Origin: Parcubacteria group bacterium
GTDB taxonomy: Bacteria; Patescibacteriota; Minisyncoccia; Moranbacterales; GCA-2747515
Direction: 5' to 3'
Assembly: GCA_041660065.1 (NCBI GenBank)
Contig: JBAZXC010000003.1
Coordinates: 1,495 to 65,494, forward strand
DNA: 64,000 nt
The first letter of the stretch is position 1. Every line of letters begins with the position of its first letter. Both the position numbers and the translations under genes were made by a program. This document shows positions 27,261 to 36,571 of this stretch, one piece after another. Below the pieces are notes generated by a model. That model made no database searches. It was not told the origin of the DNA and saw only the letters and a list, made by a program, of their open reading frames with translations.

Positions 27261-28404
27261 ATGCTATTGCCTCAGTTGCTATTGGCAAAGCGTTTTCGGG
27301 TAGTTTGTGCGCATTGATCAGTTTCATTGGAATCCAATCTTTTGGTGCACGGTCTAATGGGATGTTGCCACAGCCAGGTTTTCTTCTCCAATGGGCTCTT
27401 CTCCAATGCACACGTTTTTCCTGTGATGCCTTAGATGATTTGATGAAGCTAACCAATTGGTCGATTTTTTCTTGTTTCATCTTGAACTTAGCTGATACAG
27501 TGAATAAATCAGATGTTTGATCAATGAATGCATTTTCTAAAGAAACTCGTTTTTTTGAACTTGATTTCATTTTTTCATTTTTCTTTGTTGTACTTGCTGG
27601 AAAATTTTCCAGATAAATACATAAGTTTATGAAAATATGAAACGCAGAGTTTATTGCAAAATCTTTAAGCGGAGCACTTATATCGAGAATGTTAGCATTT
27701 AGAAATGTCTTAATCACAAAATTTTCGGACATCTCATTTGGTTTGAAATACATTATCGGAAGTGTCATTTTGCCATCTTTGTCATAGCTAAGATGTTTTT
27801 CAAAAAAACACTCAATTTCATGCTCTGATGCCTGTCTCCTTATTAAATTTAACAGCTCTTTTCTTTCGGTTTTTTTGAGTCTTTTACATCTAGAAAGACT
27901 TGGTGGCAAAAGACGTAGCTCCCATAAATCGGAAGAATCAGCAGAAGGAAGAAACTTGCCGATATTGCTCACAATAATTGAATCGTAAGCTGTTCCATCA
28001 TAGGATACCAACAAATCGGTTAATGTGATAATGAATGAATCAAAAGGAAATCTAATTTCCTTCCACCGAACTGCGTTAATGGTTGTCGCGTCTAATAGAT
28101 TTTGGACGTTTGAGGGTAAGTGAAATATCCTTCTGGAGGAAAAATTCCATGATAATATGGAAAATGGAATAAATCCATTTGCTTCACTTTCTTCATTATA
28201 ATTTGGTATGTAATTCAAAAATCTTTTTTCAAAGAGATCTTTTTTTGTTAGATTTAAAAGACATTCTCTGAAAGAATCAAAATCTCTGTGATTTTGAGGC
28301 AATGAATTTTGCAAATTCATTGATGTTGCACTTCGAAGGAAACACAAATTTTCCCAGTGGGATAATAAGTGGTCGATTCTCTGTAATCCAACATTTGAAG
28401 ACAT
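27259..28404 (-). CDS. hypothetical protein (381 aa), convergent with the OLD gene
   Basis: ORF, no motif recognised. Confidence 0.4.
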   Translation of the reverse strand: MSSNVGLQRIDHLLSHWENLCFLRSATSMNLQNSLPQNHRDFDSFRECLLNLTKKDLFEKRFLNYIPNYNEESEANGFIPFSILSWNFSSRRIFHLPSNVQNLLDATTINAVRWKEIRFPFDSFIITLTDLLVSYDGTAYDSIIVSNIGKFLPSADSSDLWELRLLPPSLSRCKRLKKTERKELLNLIRRQASEHEIECFFEKHLSYDKDGKMTLPIMYFKPNEMSENFVIKTFLNANILDISAPLKDFAINSAFHIFINLCIYLENFPASTTKKNEKMKSSSKKRVSLENAFIDQTSDLFTVSAKFKMKQEKIDQLVSFIKSSKASQEKRVHWRRAHWRRKPGCGNIPLDRAPKDWIPMKLINAHKLPENALPIATEAIA

Positions 28405-28754
28405 GATTGTTCCTCCAGTGTATTTGAATTGTATTATTCTTCTGTTAATTTACATGCAAAAAGCAACTGAGAATGATATCGTATTTTAACTATTTAGTCA
28501 ATCATTTTGTATAGGATTCTTGCAAATCAATTCGAATGTCGTCCAGGATGCGGAACAAACACATTTTAAGGCTTTTTAAAGCCTTTTTTTGTTGGTTGTA
28601 TTTGATTAAAATATAGTTATATGGTAGAATTTTTTTTTAGTTCTTTTCATATAAACTTTTCACAAGCTGACAATAAAGTAATCAAGTTATTTATTATTTT
28701 ATTGTCAGTTTGTACAAGAAGCATTCAATTAACCATCATTTGGTGGAGGAGAAA

Positions 28755-29141
28755 ATGAACAGGAGTAAAGTGAACGACTCAAGGCTATGGGAAATATGGC
28801 AAAAATCGGGAGCGATTGGAACAATCAAAACCGCACGGCATCGAAAGAGAATGATTAAAGCTATTAATGACGCTCGGGGAGTGGAAATCGTCAGAGATAG
28901 TGAATCAATTCGTTTTATCGGCCATTTTGGCTTGGGAAACAAGTCTGAAATGATCTTGACGTTAGCCGATGCGACCAATCTTCTGAACTCTGGTCTATTT
29001 GAAACATCTGGAGCATATGGCAAAGTACTTATCGAGGCCAAAATGGTTCGTGCCTGGTTTAAGCCCGTTCAAGGCAATGATCTTATTTGTCTCGGGACTC
29101 GTGATTTCGTCAGCAATTTGAGACAGATTCTCTTAAATTAA
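28755..29141 (+). CDS. hypothetical protein
   Basis: ORF with SD 'ggtggaggag' 6 nt upstream of the internal ATG at 28755. The track ORF starts earlier at 28710. Confidence 0.35.
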   Translation: MNRSKVNDSRLWEIWQKSGAIGTIKTARHRKRMIKAINDARGVEIVRDSESIRFIGHFGLGNKSEMILTLADATNLLNSGLFETSGAYGKVLIEAKMVRAWFKPVQGNDLICLGTRDFVSNLRQILLN

Positions 29142-29434
29142 GAATCACGCATGATGTGAAGTCGAGGACCGTCATTGATTGGGGTCACAACTATATAACT
29201 CCAGAAATATGGCGGCCCGTTGCAACCCAACTGGTCGCCTTTTTATTTCCCAACAGCCAACATTTCCAATGATTGCATTATTTTTTTAAGTCCAGAGTTT
29301 TGAACATATCAACCAACTGGAGCAATGACATTGACAAGGGTGTAGCATTTGTGTTACGCTCTTTTGTTGAGTTATTTCATAAAATTTTTTTCTATAGAAA
29401 GGGCTAGACGATAAACAAACTTCCAGAGGAGGAA

Positions 29435-29692
29435 TTGATTATGCCGGCACTGGTAAAAGTCATAAAAAAGAATGGTACTATGTACAAGGGTTTCCATTTT
29501 GGTAGCGAAGGAGGATTGATTTATTTGATCAATCCATGGGAATTGACAGAGGATGAAGATAATGAAAATCTCATGCCGGGCGACCATATGGAAAGCCCGG
29601 TCGGAAAAGAAATTGTTGGCACAGCGGGAGAAGAATTTAGGTTTATTCAAATCCCTGTTGTTGATATAGAAACAATTGAATCCACAGATTGA
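29435..29692 (+). CDS. hypothetical small acidic protein
   Basis: SD 'agaggagga' upstream, 85 aa. Confidence 0.35.
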   Translation: MIMPALVKVIKKNGTMYKGFHFGSEGGLIYLINPWELTEDEDNENLMPGDHMESPVGKEIVGTAGEEFRFIQIPVVDIETIESTD

Positions 29693-29862
29693 TTTTAAGC
29701 TCGCCACGGAAAGCTTTCCGTTTAGGTGAGCTTTCTTTTTGGCTAGGTTTTTCTATGACTGTCCTAGTAATTCATCAAGATTTTTTTAAGCATTTATTTC
29801 GGGTGTCCGAACGGGATTTAAACTGTTTTGCGCTTAATGTTTATTTATGATACTTTTTAATT

Positions 29863-31464
29863 ATGAAATACAAAAAATCAATCATTGTAATTTTATTGAT
29901 TCTAATCCTTCTTGCAAGCGCGGGATTTTTTGTAGTGTATCGCACCAAGACTCAAGTGAAAGATCTTTTCCGGATGAACAAAGAATCGCAAGAAGCAGGT
30001 TATTACATGGGTGATTTTGAATTCAAAATGATGGGGGTTTTGTATTGGCTGGATAAAGGAGAATACTATCGTGCCCTAGTGCAGCTTAACAAACTGCATA
30101 ATCAGTTCGAAACCAGAGAAGGACTAATCAAATTGCCCGAGTTTAATAATAAAGCGGAAGAAATTGAGTTTTATTTGAATTTACAAAATCCCAAGACAGG
30201 TGCTTTCATTGACGATATTTATCCGTATGCAGTTTACAATGAAGTTACAGAAAATGCGATAAACAATCTTGACGCGCTGACAAAAGAAACTGGACAGCCA
30301 CTCAAATTAAAATATCCTTTAAAATATCTCGACGAAATCAATACACCGGAAAAATTAAAAGCATTTCTCGATGATGTTGCTTATGTCAGTTGGATTTCAA
30401 CGAAGTTTCCGCAAACGTCTTATGTTTTTGCCAGAAGCATATTAAGTTATGCCAATGGCGAGGGAATGATGGAAGAAAAAGGTCTTTATAAATTTTCTGA
30501 CGAATGGAAGCAGGCCTTGCTCCAATGGTTTTATGACAATCAGGATCCGGAAACAGGATTCTGGGGACCGAGATCGAGAGCGGATCATAAATTATTAAAA
30601 AAAGATTTAACCAATACCGCTTCAGTTATTAAAGCGTTCGTTGATAAGGATGGCAATAATATTTATGAGACCTTCCCTTTACGATATGGAAGTCAAATGT
30701 TCAAGACTGCTCTTGAAGTTATGTCTGAGCCAACGCCAGATGTCGAGGATTTAGATGAATGGCACGAATGGGAATTAAAGATGGGGAAAGGCACTTATAT
30801 GATAACTAGATATATATGGCAATATGCTTCAACGGAAGACAAGGTTGAGGCCAAAAAAATACTTGAAAATCTTGTTAAAACCAACTTTGCCGAGTGTTAT
30901 GTTCCAGAGGAAGGGGCATTTAGCTATTATCCGCATGGAGAGCATGCCACTCTGGACGGCAGCGGATTTTTTTCAATCTTCAAGGATATTGGAGCATTGT
31001 CTAATGAGAAACAAAAGAAACTTTGGGGAGAACCGGAAAAAATAATAACTGATCTGGGAAATCGAAAAGTGTCGATGCTTACAGAAAAAGATTTAGATCT
31101 GATTGCAACAAAAGAAGACGTCAATTCTATTCGTATTTATAAAACTGTTGCGGATTATAATAATTTGATGTTAGGTGTTTCGGTGATTGTTTATCCTAAT
31201 GAATCATCCATTCCAGATATTATGGATCTGACTGCTAAAATGAAAACATGGCTCAACACAACTCCACAGACAATGGGAAATTGGACATCAAAAGAGGAGA
31301 TGAAGCAAGAGTTGGAGGCTGTTCAATTTGAAGAAGCTCCGGTCTATGAAAAAGAAACAGCAATTGAAAATATGAATTCAATCCTGCAGGCAAACGGAAA
31401 AGTAGTGGTCATCGGATTTGATACCTTGCAAATTCCGAGATATAAAATAGTGTTTGAGAAATAA
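29863..31464 (+). CDS. N-terminally membrane-anchored hypothetical protein (533 aa)
   Basis: N-terminal 'IIVILLILILLASAGFFVVY' TM. No catalytic motif recognised. Confidence 0.5.
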   Translation: MKYKKSIIVILLILILLASAGFFVVYRTKTQVKDLFRMNKESQEAGYYMGDFEFKMMGVLYWLDKGEYYRALVQLNKLHNQFETREGLIKLPEFNNKAEEIEFYLNLQNPKTGAFIDDIYPYAVYNEVTENAINNLDALTKETGQPLKLKYPLKYLDEINTPEKLKAFLDDVAYVSWISTKFPQTSYVFARSILSYANGEGMMEEKGLYKFSDEWKQALLQWFYDNQDPETGFWGPRSRADHKLLKKDLTNTASVIKAFVDKDGNNIYETFPLRYGSQMFKTALEVMSEPTPDVEDLDEWHEWELKMGKGTYMITRYIWQYASTEDKVEAKKILENLVKTNFAECYVPEEGAFSYYPHGEHATLDGSGFFSIFKDIGALSNEKQKKLWGEPEKIITDLGNRKVSMLTEKDLDLIATKEDVNSIRIYKTVADYNNLMLGVSVIVYPNESSIPDIMDLTAKMKTWLNTTPQTMGNWTSKEEMKQELEAVQFEEAPVYEKETAIENMNSILQANGKVVVIGFDTLQIPRYKIVFEK

Positions 31465-31529
31465 AATTCATTCCTAATTTTGATTCCAACCGTATGAAAG
31501 GTACACCATTTGCCGAGCATGTCTGGAAA

Positions 31530-31560
31530 CTGCCCATATGAAGGGGCAGTTTTTCTTTTT
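31530..31560 (+). terminator. rho-independent terminator
   Basis: ctgccc atatgaag gggcag followed by tttttcttttt. Confidence 0.5.
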
Positions 31561-31561
31561 C

Positions 31562-31593
31562 TTATTGGGCTATTTCTAGAACCGTTCTAGCGA
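31562..31593. repeat. inverted copy of the ACGGTTCTAG / CCCAATAA site found at 17632-17653; near-palindrome CTAGAACCGTTCTAG
   Basis: The reverse complement of 31562-31585 is ACGGTTCTAG-aaatagc-CCCAATAA. The left site is ACGGTTCTAG-ctta-CCCAATAA. Confidence 0.45.
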
Positions 31594-31647
31594 CTCATTT
31601 TTTATATCCAAGTGGGGCGATAGAACTTTTTGTGGTAAAATATTGAT

Positions 31648-32091
31648 ATGAAAAAAATTCTTCTACAAAAATCTTGGGTTATAAATGCTCCTCGCGAAGA
31701 AGTTTATAAAATAATGAGCGATTTTGAAAATATGCCCAAATATTTTCCGAAAGTAGCTCAGTCACTGCACATCTTAAAAAGGGATGGGAATAATCTTACT
31801 ATTGAAGCTAAAGCTAAAACATTTGGACGTATTATTTCCGTGCAAATGGAAACTCAATTGCGTCCACCAAAAGGATATGTTTCAGATAATAAAAGTGGCA
31901 TTGGAACTTTTGGTTACGAAGAATTTCTTATGGAAGAAATTTCGGAAGGTACAAGAATCAACTATTCATATAATATTGAATTAAAAAATCCAATCCTTCG
32001 TATTTTGGGTGGATTCTTAATTGGATGGTATGCGATGCGTTTTTGGGAACATGCTGTTATAGACAAATTAAAAGAAATGTTAGAGAAGTAA
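31648..32091 (+). CDS. SRPBCC (START/Bet v1/polyketide cyclase-like) domain protein
   Basis: 'WVINAPREEVYKIMSDFENMPKYFP' is the typical SRPBCC N-terminus. Confidence 0.55.
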   Translation: MKKILLQKSWVINAPREEVYKIMSDFENMPKYFPKVAQSLHILKRDGNNLTIEAKAKTFGRIISVQMETQLRPPKGYVSDNKSGIGTFGYEEFLMEEISEGTRINYSYNIELKNPILRILGGFLIGWYAMRFWEHAVIDKLKEMLEK

Positions 32092-32160
32092 AAATTGTAA
32101 ACAGATTTTAACGGCATCCAGCGCTCGAAGCACATATAAAAAAGTATTATCGGTGATTTT

Positions 32161-32670
32161 ATGAAAGAAACAAAACTTATTGTTTTGCGCGGTCCGTCTG
32201 GCTCTGGGAAAAGCTCAATTGCAAAAGCGATTCAAACGGAGTGGCTCGATCACAATAATCCAATGGCGTACGTGGAGCAAGATTATTTCAGACGAATCGT
32301 CCTTAAGGAAAAAGATGTTGCTGGGGGTTTTAATATACAGATGATTAAAGAAACGGTGTTATTTCTTTTGCACAATCAATATGATGTCATCATGGAAGGC
32401 ATCTTTGATAAAGGGCGTTATGAAGAGATGTTCAAGGAAATTATCCGCAACCATCCATCAAATAATTTTTTCTTTTACTTTGACATCTCTTTTGAAGAAA
32501 CTCTCAGACGGCATGACACAAGACTAAATAATAATGAATTCGGCGAAAAAGAGATGCGATCATGGTACAAAAGTGAGAATTTCCTAGAGAGTATCAGAGA
32601 AAATATCATTGGAGAAAGGCATGCTTTCGACGATACGGTTAAACATATTCGAATAGTCGCTAATTTGTGA
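32161..32670 (+). CDS. P-loop kinase/NTPase (AAA_33-like)
   Basis: Walker A 'LRGPSGSGKSSIAKAI'. Confidence 0.55.
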   Translation: MKETKLIVLRGPSGSGKSSIAKAIQTEWLDHNNPMAYVEQDYFRRIVLKEKDVAGGFNIQMIKETVLFLLHNQYDVIMEGIFDKGRYEEMFKEIIRNHPSNNFFFYFDISFEETLRRHDTRLNNNEFGEKEMRSWYKSENFLESIRENIIGERHAFDDTVKHIRIVANL

Positions 32671-32796
32671 AACTGCTTCTAATTCATCCAATCATGCTTG
32701 ACATTGGACATTTTTTGCGTTAGGATGGAGCGTTGTGAGGAGTATAGACAAAGTAATTTAACAAATGATCAAAATGTCAATTTGAAGGAGGAAAAC

Positions 32797-33021
32797 ATGG
32801 GCACGACAAGAGCTAGTGGGGCAGTTCTCACGGAAGAGAAAAGAGTAGGAAACCAAATTACATTCGGGCTTACGCTTCATCGTAAGAAAACCACATTTAC
32901 GATCACTTTCGATGATGTGAAGGAGGTGGAACCTGTGACCGAGCATGGTGTGAGGATACTGACCAAAGATGGCGCACCAGTATTTGTTACCTTTTCTGCA
33001 CTACAGAGCATAGTGCTCTAA
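32797..33021 (+). CDS. hypothetical small protein
   Basis: SD 'aaggagga' upstream of the ATG at 32797. The track ORF extends upstream without an SD. Confidence 0.3.
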   Translation: MGTTRASGAVLTEEKRVGNQITFGLTLHRKKTTFTITFDDVKEVEPVTEHGVRILTKDGAPVFVTFSALQSIVL

Positions 33022-33190
33022 AATCATTCAATTCAAACCGCCATAAGCCACTTAGTAACTATAATTAGTGAAAAGCGGCTTTTTTGTAAGCATATAGTTT
33101 GACAAAATATGATTTGCTTGATAATCTTTATCAAATTAGTTTATAATGGGCATTACGCCAAATTGTTACTTTGACAAAAGGAGCTGTAAG

Positions 33191-33970
33191 ATGAAAACAA
33201 GAACGAAAAGCGTGCTTCAGGTTTTGTTGTTGGTTTTGACGGTATCTTTTCTGGTAACAGGGTGCAAAGAAGAACCAAAAAAAACCGAAAAAAAAATCGG
33301 GCAAGCTGGTTCAGCTGTCCAGATGTTTTTAAGGAACATGGAGTTCAAGCGATATGAACAGATGCATGCGCAGACAGTAAATTCCAGAGAGAAGTTGATT
33401 TTTGTTCAAAGTATAACCCAAACACCTATTGTGGTGAAAAATGCTGCTGTTTTGTCAGATAGATGTTCTGATACCGACGGCGATTGTGAAGTAAATGTGT
33501 CAATGGATGTTACTGATATCACGTCGGCCTTTGCTGCATATATCGTTAATCTGAGGTTATCTAGAGACCCAGACTCTACAAGATCACCATTCTTTTTTTC
33601 TCCAAATATTTTGGGTATTGAAAAGTTTATACCCATACGGCAGACATGGAGAGTGGTCAAATTAGATGGCGCATATTTTATTGATATGGGCGCTGGTGGG
33701 GAGAAAACGGCACGGCATGAGAATATCATGAATTATGTGCTAGATGCAGGTGTTACTGAGGAAGATATCAATAAAAAAAGTGTAGACGAGAAGATAGATT
33801 CGGCTAGCATGTGGCTAATATTTCTGTCAATGGATCTAAATCTCTCTCCTGAGGAAATGAAGACCATCATACGTAACTCAGCGCCTCTTGTGGATGCATC
33901 CATAAGGAACTTGTCGTACATGGCAGAAAAAATGAAAGCAAATGGGGTCAAGTCAAAAACCGGGATATAA
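33191..33970 (+). CDS. lipoprotein
   Basis: Signal peptide plus lipobox 'LLLVLTVSFLVTGC'. SD 'aaaggag'. Confidence 0.6.
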   Translation: MKTRTKSVLQVLLLVLTVSFLVTGCKEEPKKTEKKIGQAGSAVQMFLRNMEFKRYEQMHAQTVNSREKLIFVQSITQTPIVVKNAAVLSDRCSDTDGDCEVNVSMDVTDITSAFAAYIVNLRLSRDPDSTRSPFFFSPNILGIEKFIPIRQTWRVVKLDGAYFIDMGAGGEKTARHENIMNYVLDAGVTEEDINKKSVDEKIDSASMWLIFLSMDLNLSPEEMKTIIRNSAPLVDASIRNLSYMAEKMKANGVKSKTGI

Positions 33971-33997
33971 TATCCTTGCAATCATCTGTAATCATTG

Positions 33998-34028
33998 CCC
34001 ACGCATCTAATGGCGTGGGTTTTTATTT
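33998..34028 (+). terminator. rho-independent terminator
   Basis: cccacgc atctaatg gcgtggg followed by tttttatttt. Confidence 0.55.
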
Positions 34029-34074
34029 TGTCTGAATAAGCAATTAAATATTTACGAGATTATTTTGTCGTGAC

Positions 34075-34102
34075 TTGACAAGGCGGTATATGCATTTATA
34101 AT
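34075..34102 (+). promoter_or_regulatory. sigma-70-like promoter (TTGACA, 16-nt spacer, TATAAT)
   Basis: ttgaca at 34075-34080 and tataat at 34097-34102. Confidence 0.5.
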
Positions 34103-34142
34103 GAAAGACATGAACACGAGATTAGACAATAAATTAGTATTG

Positions 34143-34260
34143 ATCCCCTCTCCGACGCCTAGATAGCAGTCGGGGTGTCTTATGTTTCTTAATGATATGC
34201 ATTCAGCGGCCCCGACCAAGAGGGGTTTTTGTTTTTCTCAATAATCCTGGAGCTGAATGC
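34143..34260 (+). promoter_or_regulatory. structured leader with a terminator-like hairpin and an alternative pairing (possible attenuator or riboswitch) upstream of the ornithine cyclodeaminase-family gene
   Basis: cccctctccgacg...gtcgggg, then ggccccgaccaagagggg followed by tttttgttttt, which is terminator-like. gcattcagc (34197-34207) is complementary to gctgaatgc (34252-34260). Confidence 0.4.
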
Positions 34261-34276
34261 CTTAATTAAAAAATAT

Positions 34277-35305
34277 ATGAAAGTTATCACTGAAGAAGTC
34301 TTGGTAAAACTAATCAAGATCCATGGCTTTGAAAATTTTTTGAAGGATTTCATGTTGGTGCTAAAAAATGATTTTAGTCGTTGGAATGAATTTAATTTAA
34401 TTCCTCGTCCTGCCATGCATGTGCGTGACGGCGTACTTGAATTGATGCCAATTTGCGATAAGGACATCTTTGCCTTCAAGTATGTAAATTGCCATCCTAA
34501 AAATACAGCAAACGGCATGATGACTGTGGTGGCAACTGGTCAACTTTCGCGTGTGGATTCGGGCTATCCTTTGCTGTTTTCTGAGATGACATTATTGACT
34601 GCCTTGCGTACTGCCGCAACGACCGCTATAGCCACTGATCTATTGTCCCGAAAGGACAGTCAAATTCTCGGGATCATTGGAACAGGCGCGCAAAGCGAGT
34701 TTTTGACAAATGCATTGCGATTGATACGCGATATCAAGGAAGTGAGATATTTTGATATCGATTCTCTGGCAATGGATAAGTTTGAAAGTAATTTCAAAAA
34801 TAGCAATCTAAAGCTGGTGCGATGCAACAATGGCAAAGAGACTGTCAAAGGAGCAGATGTAATCACAACGTGTACCGCTTGTCGAGCGCACGTGGATGTA
34901 CTCAAAAATGATTGGATCAATGCCGGCGTACACATCAACGGAATTGGCGGGGACTCCGAAGGCAAAACGGAATTGGAATTTGGCATACTTTCTCGTGGAC
35001 GTATCGTTGTGGAGTATTTGGATCAATGCATGACCGAAGGTGAGATCCAACGCTTTGATCGTCAGGAAGCCAAAAAACATGTACATGCCGAGCTTCACGA
35101 ACTTATTACCGGGGAAAAAATAGGACGAGAAAGCGATGAGCAAATCACGATTTATGATTCTGTCGGGATCGCTCTTGAGGATTATTCTGTTTTGCGGTTT
35201 ACCTATGATCTGGCAAATCGGTATGGTCTGGGACAGGAATTGAATTTTACGCCTGTCTTGGACAATACGAAAAATTTGATTGCAATGGTCACTGAAAAAA
35301 AGTAA
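34277..35305 (+). CDS. ornithine cyclodeaminase/mu-crystallin family protein
   Basis: 'LLTALRTAATTAIATDLLSRKDSQILGIIGTGAQSEF' is the OCD/mu-crystallin Rossmann signature. The ATG at 34277 was chosen, since the track ORF starts at a TTG inside the T-run. Confidence 0.7.
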   Translation: MKVITEEVLVKLIKIHGFENFLKDFMLVLKNDFSRWNEFNLIPRPAMHVRDGVLELMPICDKDIFAFKYVNCHPKNTANGMMTVVATGQLSRVDSGYPLLFSEMTLLTALRTAATTAIATDLLSRKDSQILGIIGTGAQSEFLTNALRLIRDIKEVRYFDIDSLAMDKFESNFKNSNLKLVRCNNGKETVKGADVITTCTACRAHVDVLKNDWINAGVHINGIGGDSEGKTELEFGILSRGRIVVEYLDQCMTEGEIQRFDRQEAKKHVHAELHELITGEKIGRESDEQITIYDSVGIALEDYSVLRFTYDLANRYGLGQELNFTPVLDNTKNLIAMVTEKK

Positions 35306-35346
35306 AACAATGATCTGTGATCATAGGCACAAAACAATCCCAAAAA

Positions 35347-35380
35347 AGCAGGCTCTATACGAGTCTGCTTTTTGTATCCG
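35347..35380 (+). terminator. terminator hairpin
   Basis: agcaggctc tatacg agtctgct followed by ttttg. Confidence 0.4.
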
Positions 35381-35414
35381 AGGAAAACACCGGAAATTGT
35401 GATACAGTATAGAT

Positions 35415-36503
35415 ATGGAGGAAAAAATGATAAAAATTGAAGATTTAGGGTGGAATGGATCTTTTGATGCTGATCGAAAAAAGTTCGGATCAGATGGTTT
35501 TTCGGTTGCGCGGGTAATTGCCGAATATAAAGGAGCGTATAAGGTCAAAAATACCAAAGGTGAATATCTGGCGAGGATAACTGGAAAGCAGATGCGTGAT
35601 GCGATATCCAGAGAAGATTATCCGGCAGTCGGTGATTGGGTAATGATCGCTGATGCTGATCAAAAGCAGGTGACGATCCATGCGGTGTTGCCGAGAAAAA
35701 CGGTAATGAAAAGAAGATATAGTGGCAAGGATGAAACGCAGATCATTGCCACAAATATCGATGTGGCTTTTGTCATCGAATCATTGGATCGGGATTATAA
35801 TCTCAATCGCATGGAAAGATATTTCGCCATTGCCAGAGACGGTGGCATCCAGCCAGCTGTTATTCTCAATAAGATCGATCTGATATCTCAGGAAGAGTTG
35901 GATTTGAAATTGGTCGAAATAAAAAACAGGTTGGGCGAAGTTGATGTGATCCCGACCAGTACGCGTAGCGAAGAGGGATTGGAAAAACTCAAAAAATATA
36001 TTGCGCCAGGTAAGACGTATTGTTTTCTCGGTTCATCGGGCGTGGGAAAATCATCTCTCATCAACAAATTGCTCGGTGCAGAATGCATCAAAACGGAAAA
36101 TATCGGAGCGCGTTCCGGGCGAGGTAAACACGTGACGACAACGCGGGAAATGTATTTTTTGGCTGAAGGTGGCATCGTGATCGACAATCCTGGCGTGCGG
36201 GAAGTGGGGATGACAGATACGAGTAGTGGTATCGACAATCTATTTGATGAAATAACTGCGCTTGCTGTAGGTTGCAGATATGTCGATTGTACGCACACGC
36301 ATGAACCCGGATGTGCAGTCCTCGTTGCGTTAAAAGAGGGCAAATTGGACGAGAATCAATACACCAATTACGTCAATCTCAAAAAAGAAGCAAAACATTA
36401 TACAATGACAAAAATTCAAAAGAAAGAAAAGAAGCGTCAGTTTGGGAAGTTTGTCAAAAAAGCAAAAAAGGGATTAAAGAATTTTGGGCATAAGGATTAC
36501 TGA
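35415..36503 (+). CDS. rsgA: ribosome small-subunit-dependent GTPase A
   Basis: 'VLNKIDLISQEE', P-loop 'GSSGVGKSSLINKL', 'GRGKHVTTTREMY', C-terminal zinc motif 'CRYVDCTHTHEPGCAV'. Confidence 0.85.
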   Translation: MEEKMIKIEDLGWNGSFDADRKKFGSDGFSVARVIAEYKGAYKVKNTKGEYLARITGKQMRDAISREDYPAVGDWVMIADADQKQVTIHAVLPRKTVMKRRYSGKDETQIIATNIDVAFVIESLDRDYNLNRMERYFAIARDGGIQPAVILNKIDLISQEELDLKLVEIKNRLGEVDVIPTSTRSEEGLEKLKKYIAPGKTYCFLGSSGVGKSSLINKLLGAECIKTENIGARSGRGKHVTTTREMYFLAEGGIVIDNPGVREVGMTDTSSGIDNLFDEITALAVGCRYVDCTHTHEPGCAVLVALKEGKLDENQYTNYVNLKKEAKHYTMTKIQKKEKKRQFGKFVKKAKKGLKNFGHKDY

Positions 36504-36571
36504 TCTATTCGCGTTTTGTTTTGATCATGTATGGAGTAATAAAGCAGAGTTTTCCAATATAATAAAGTATT

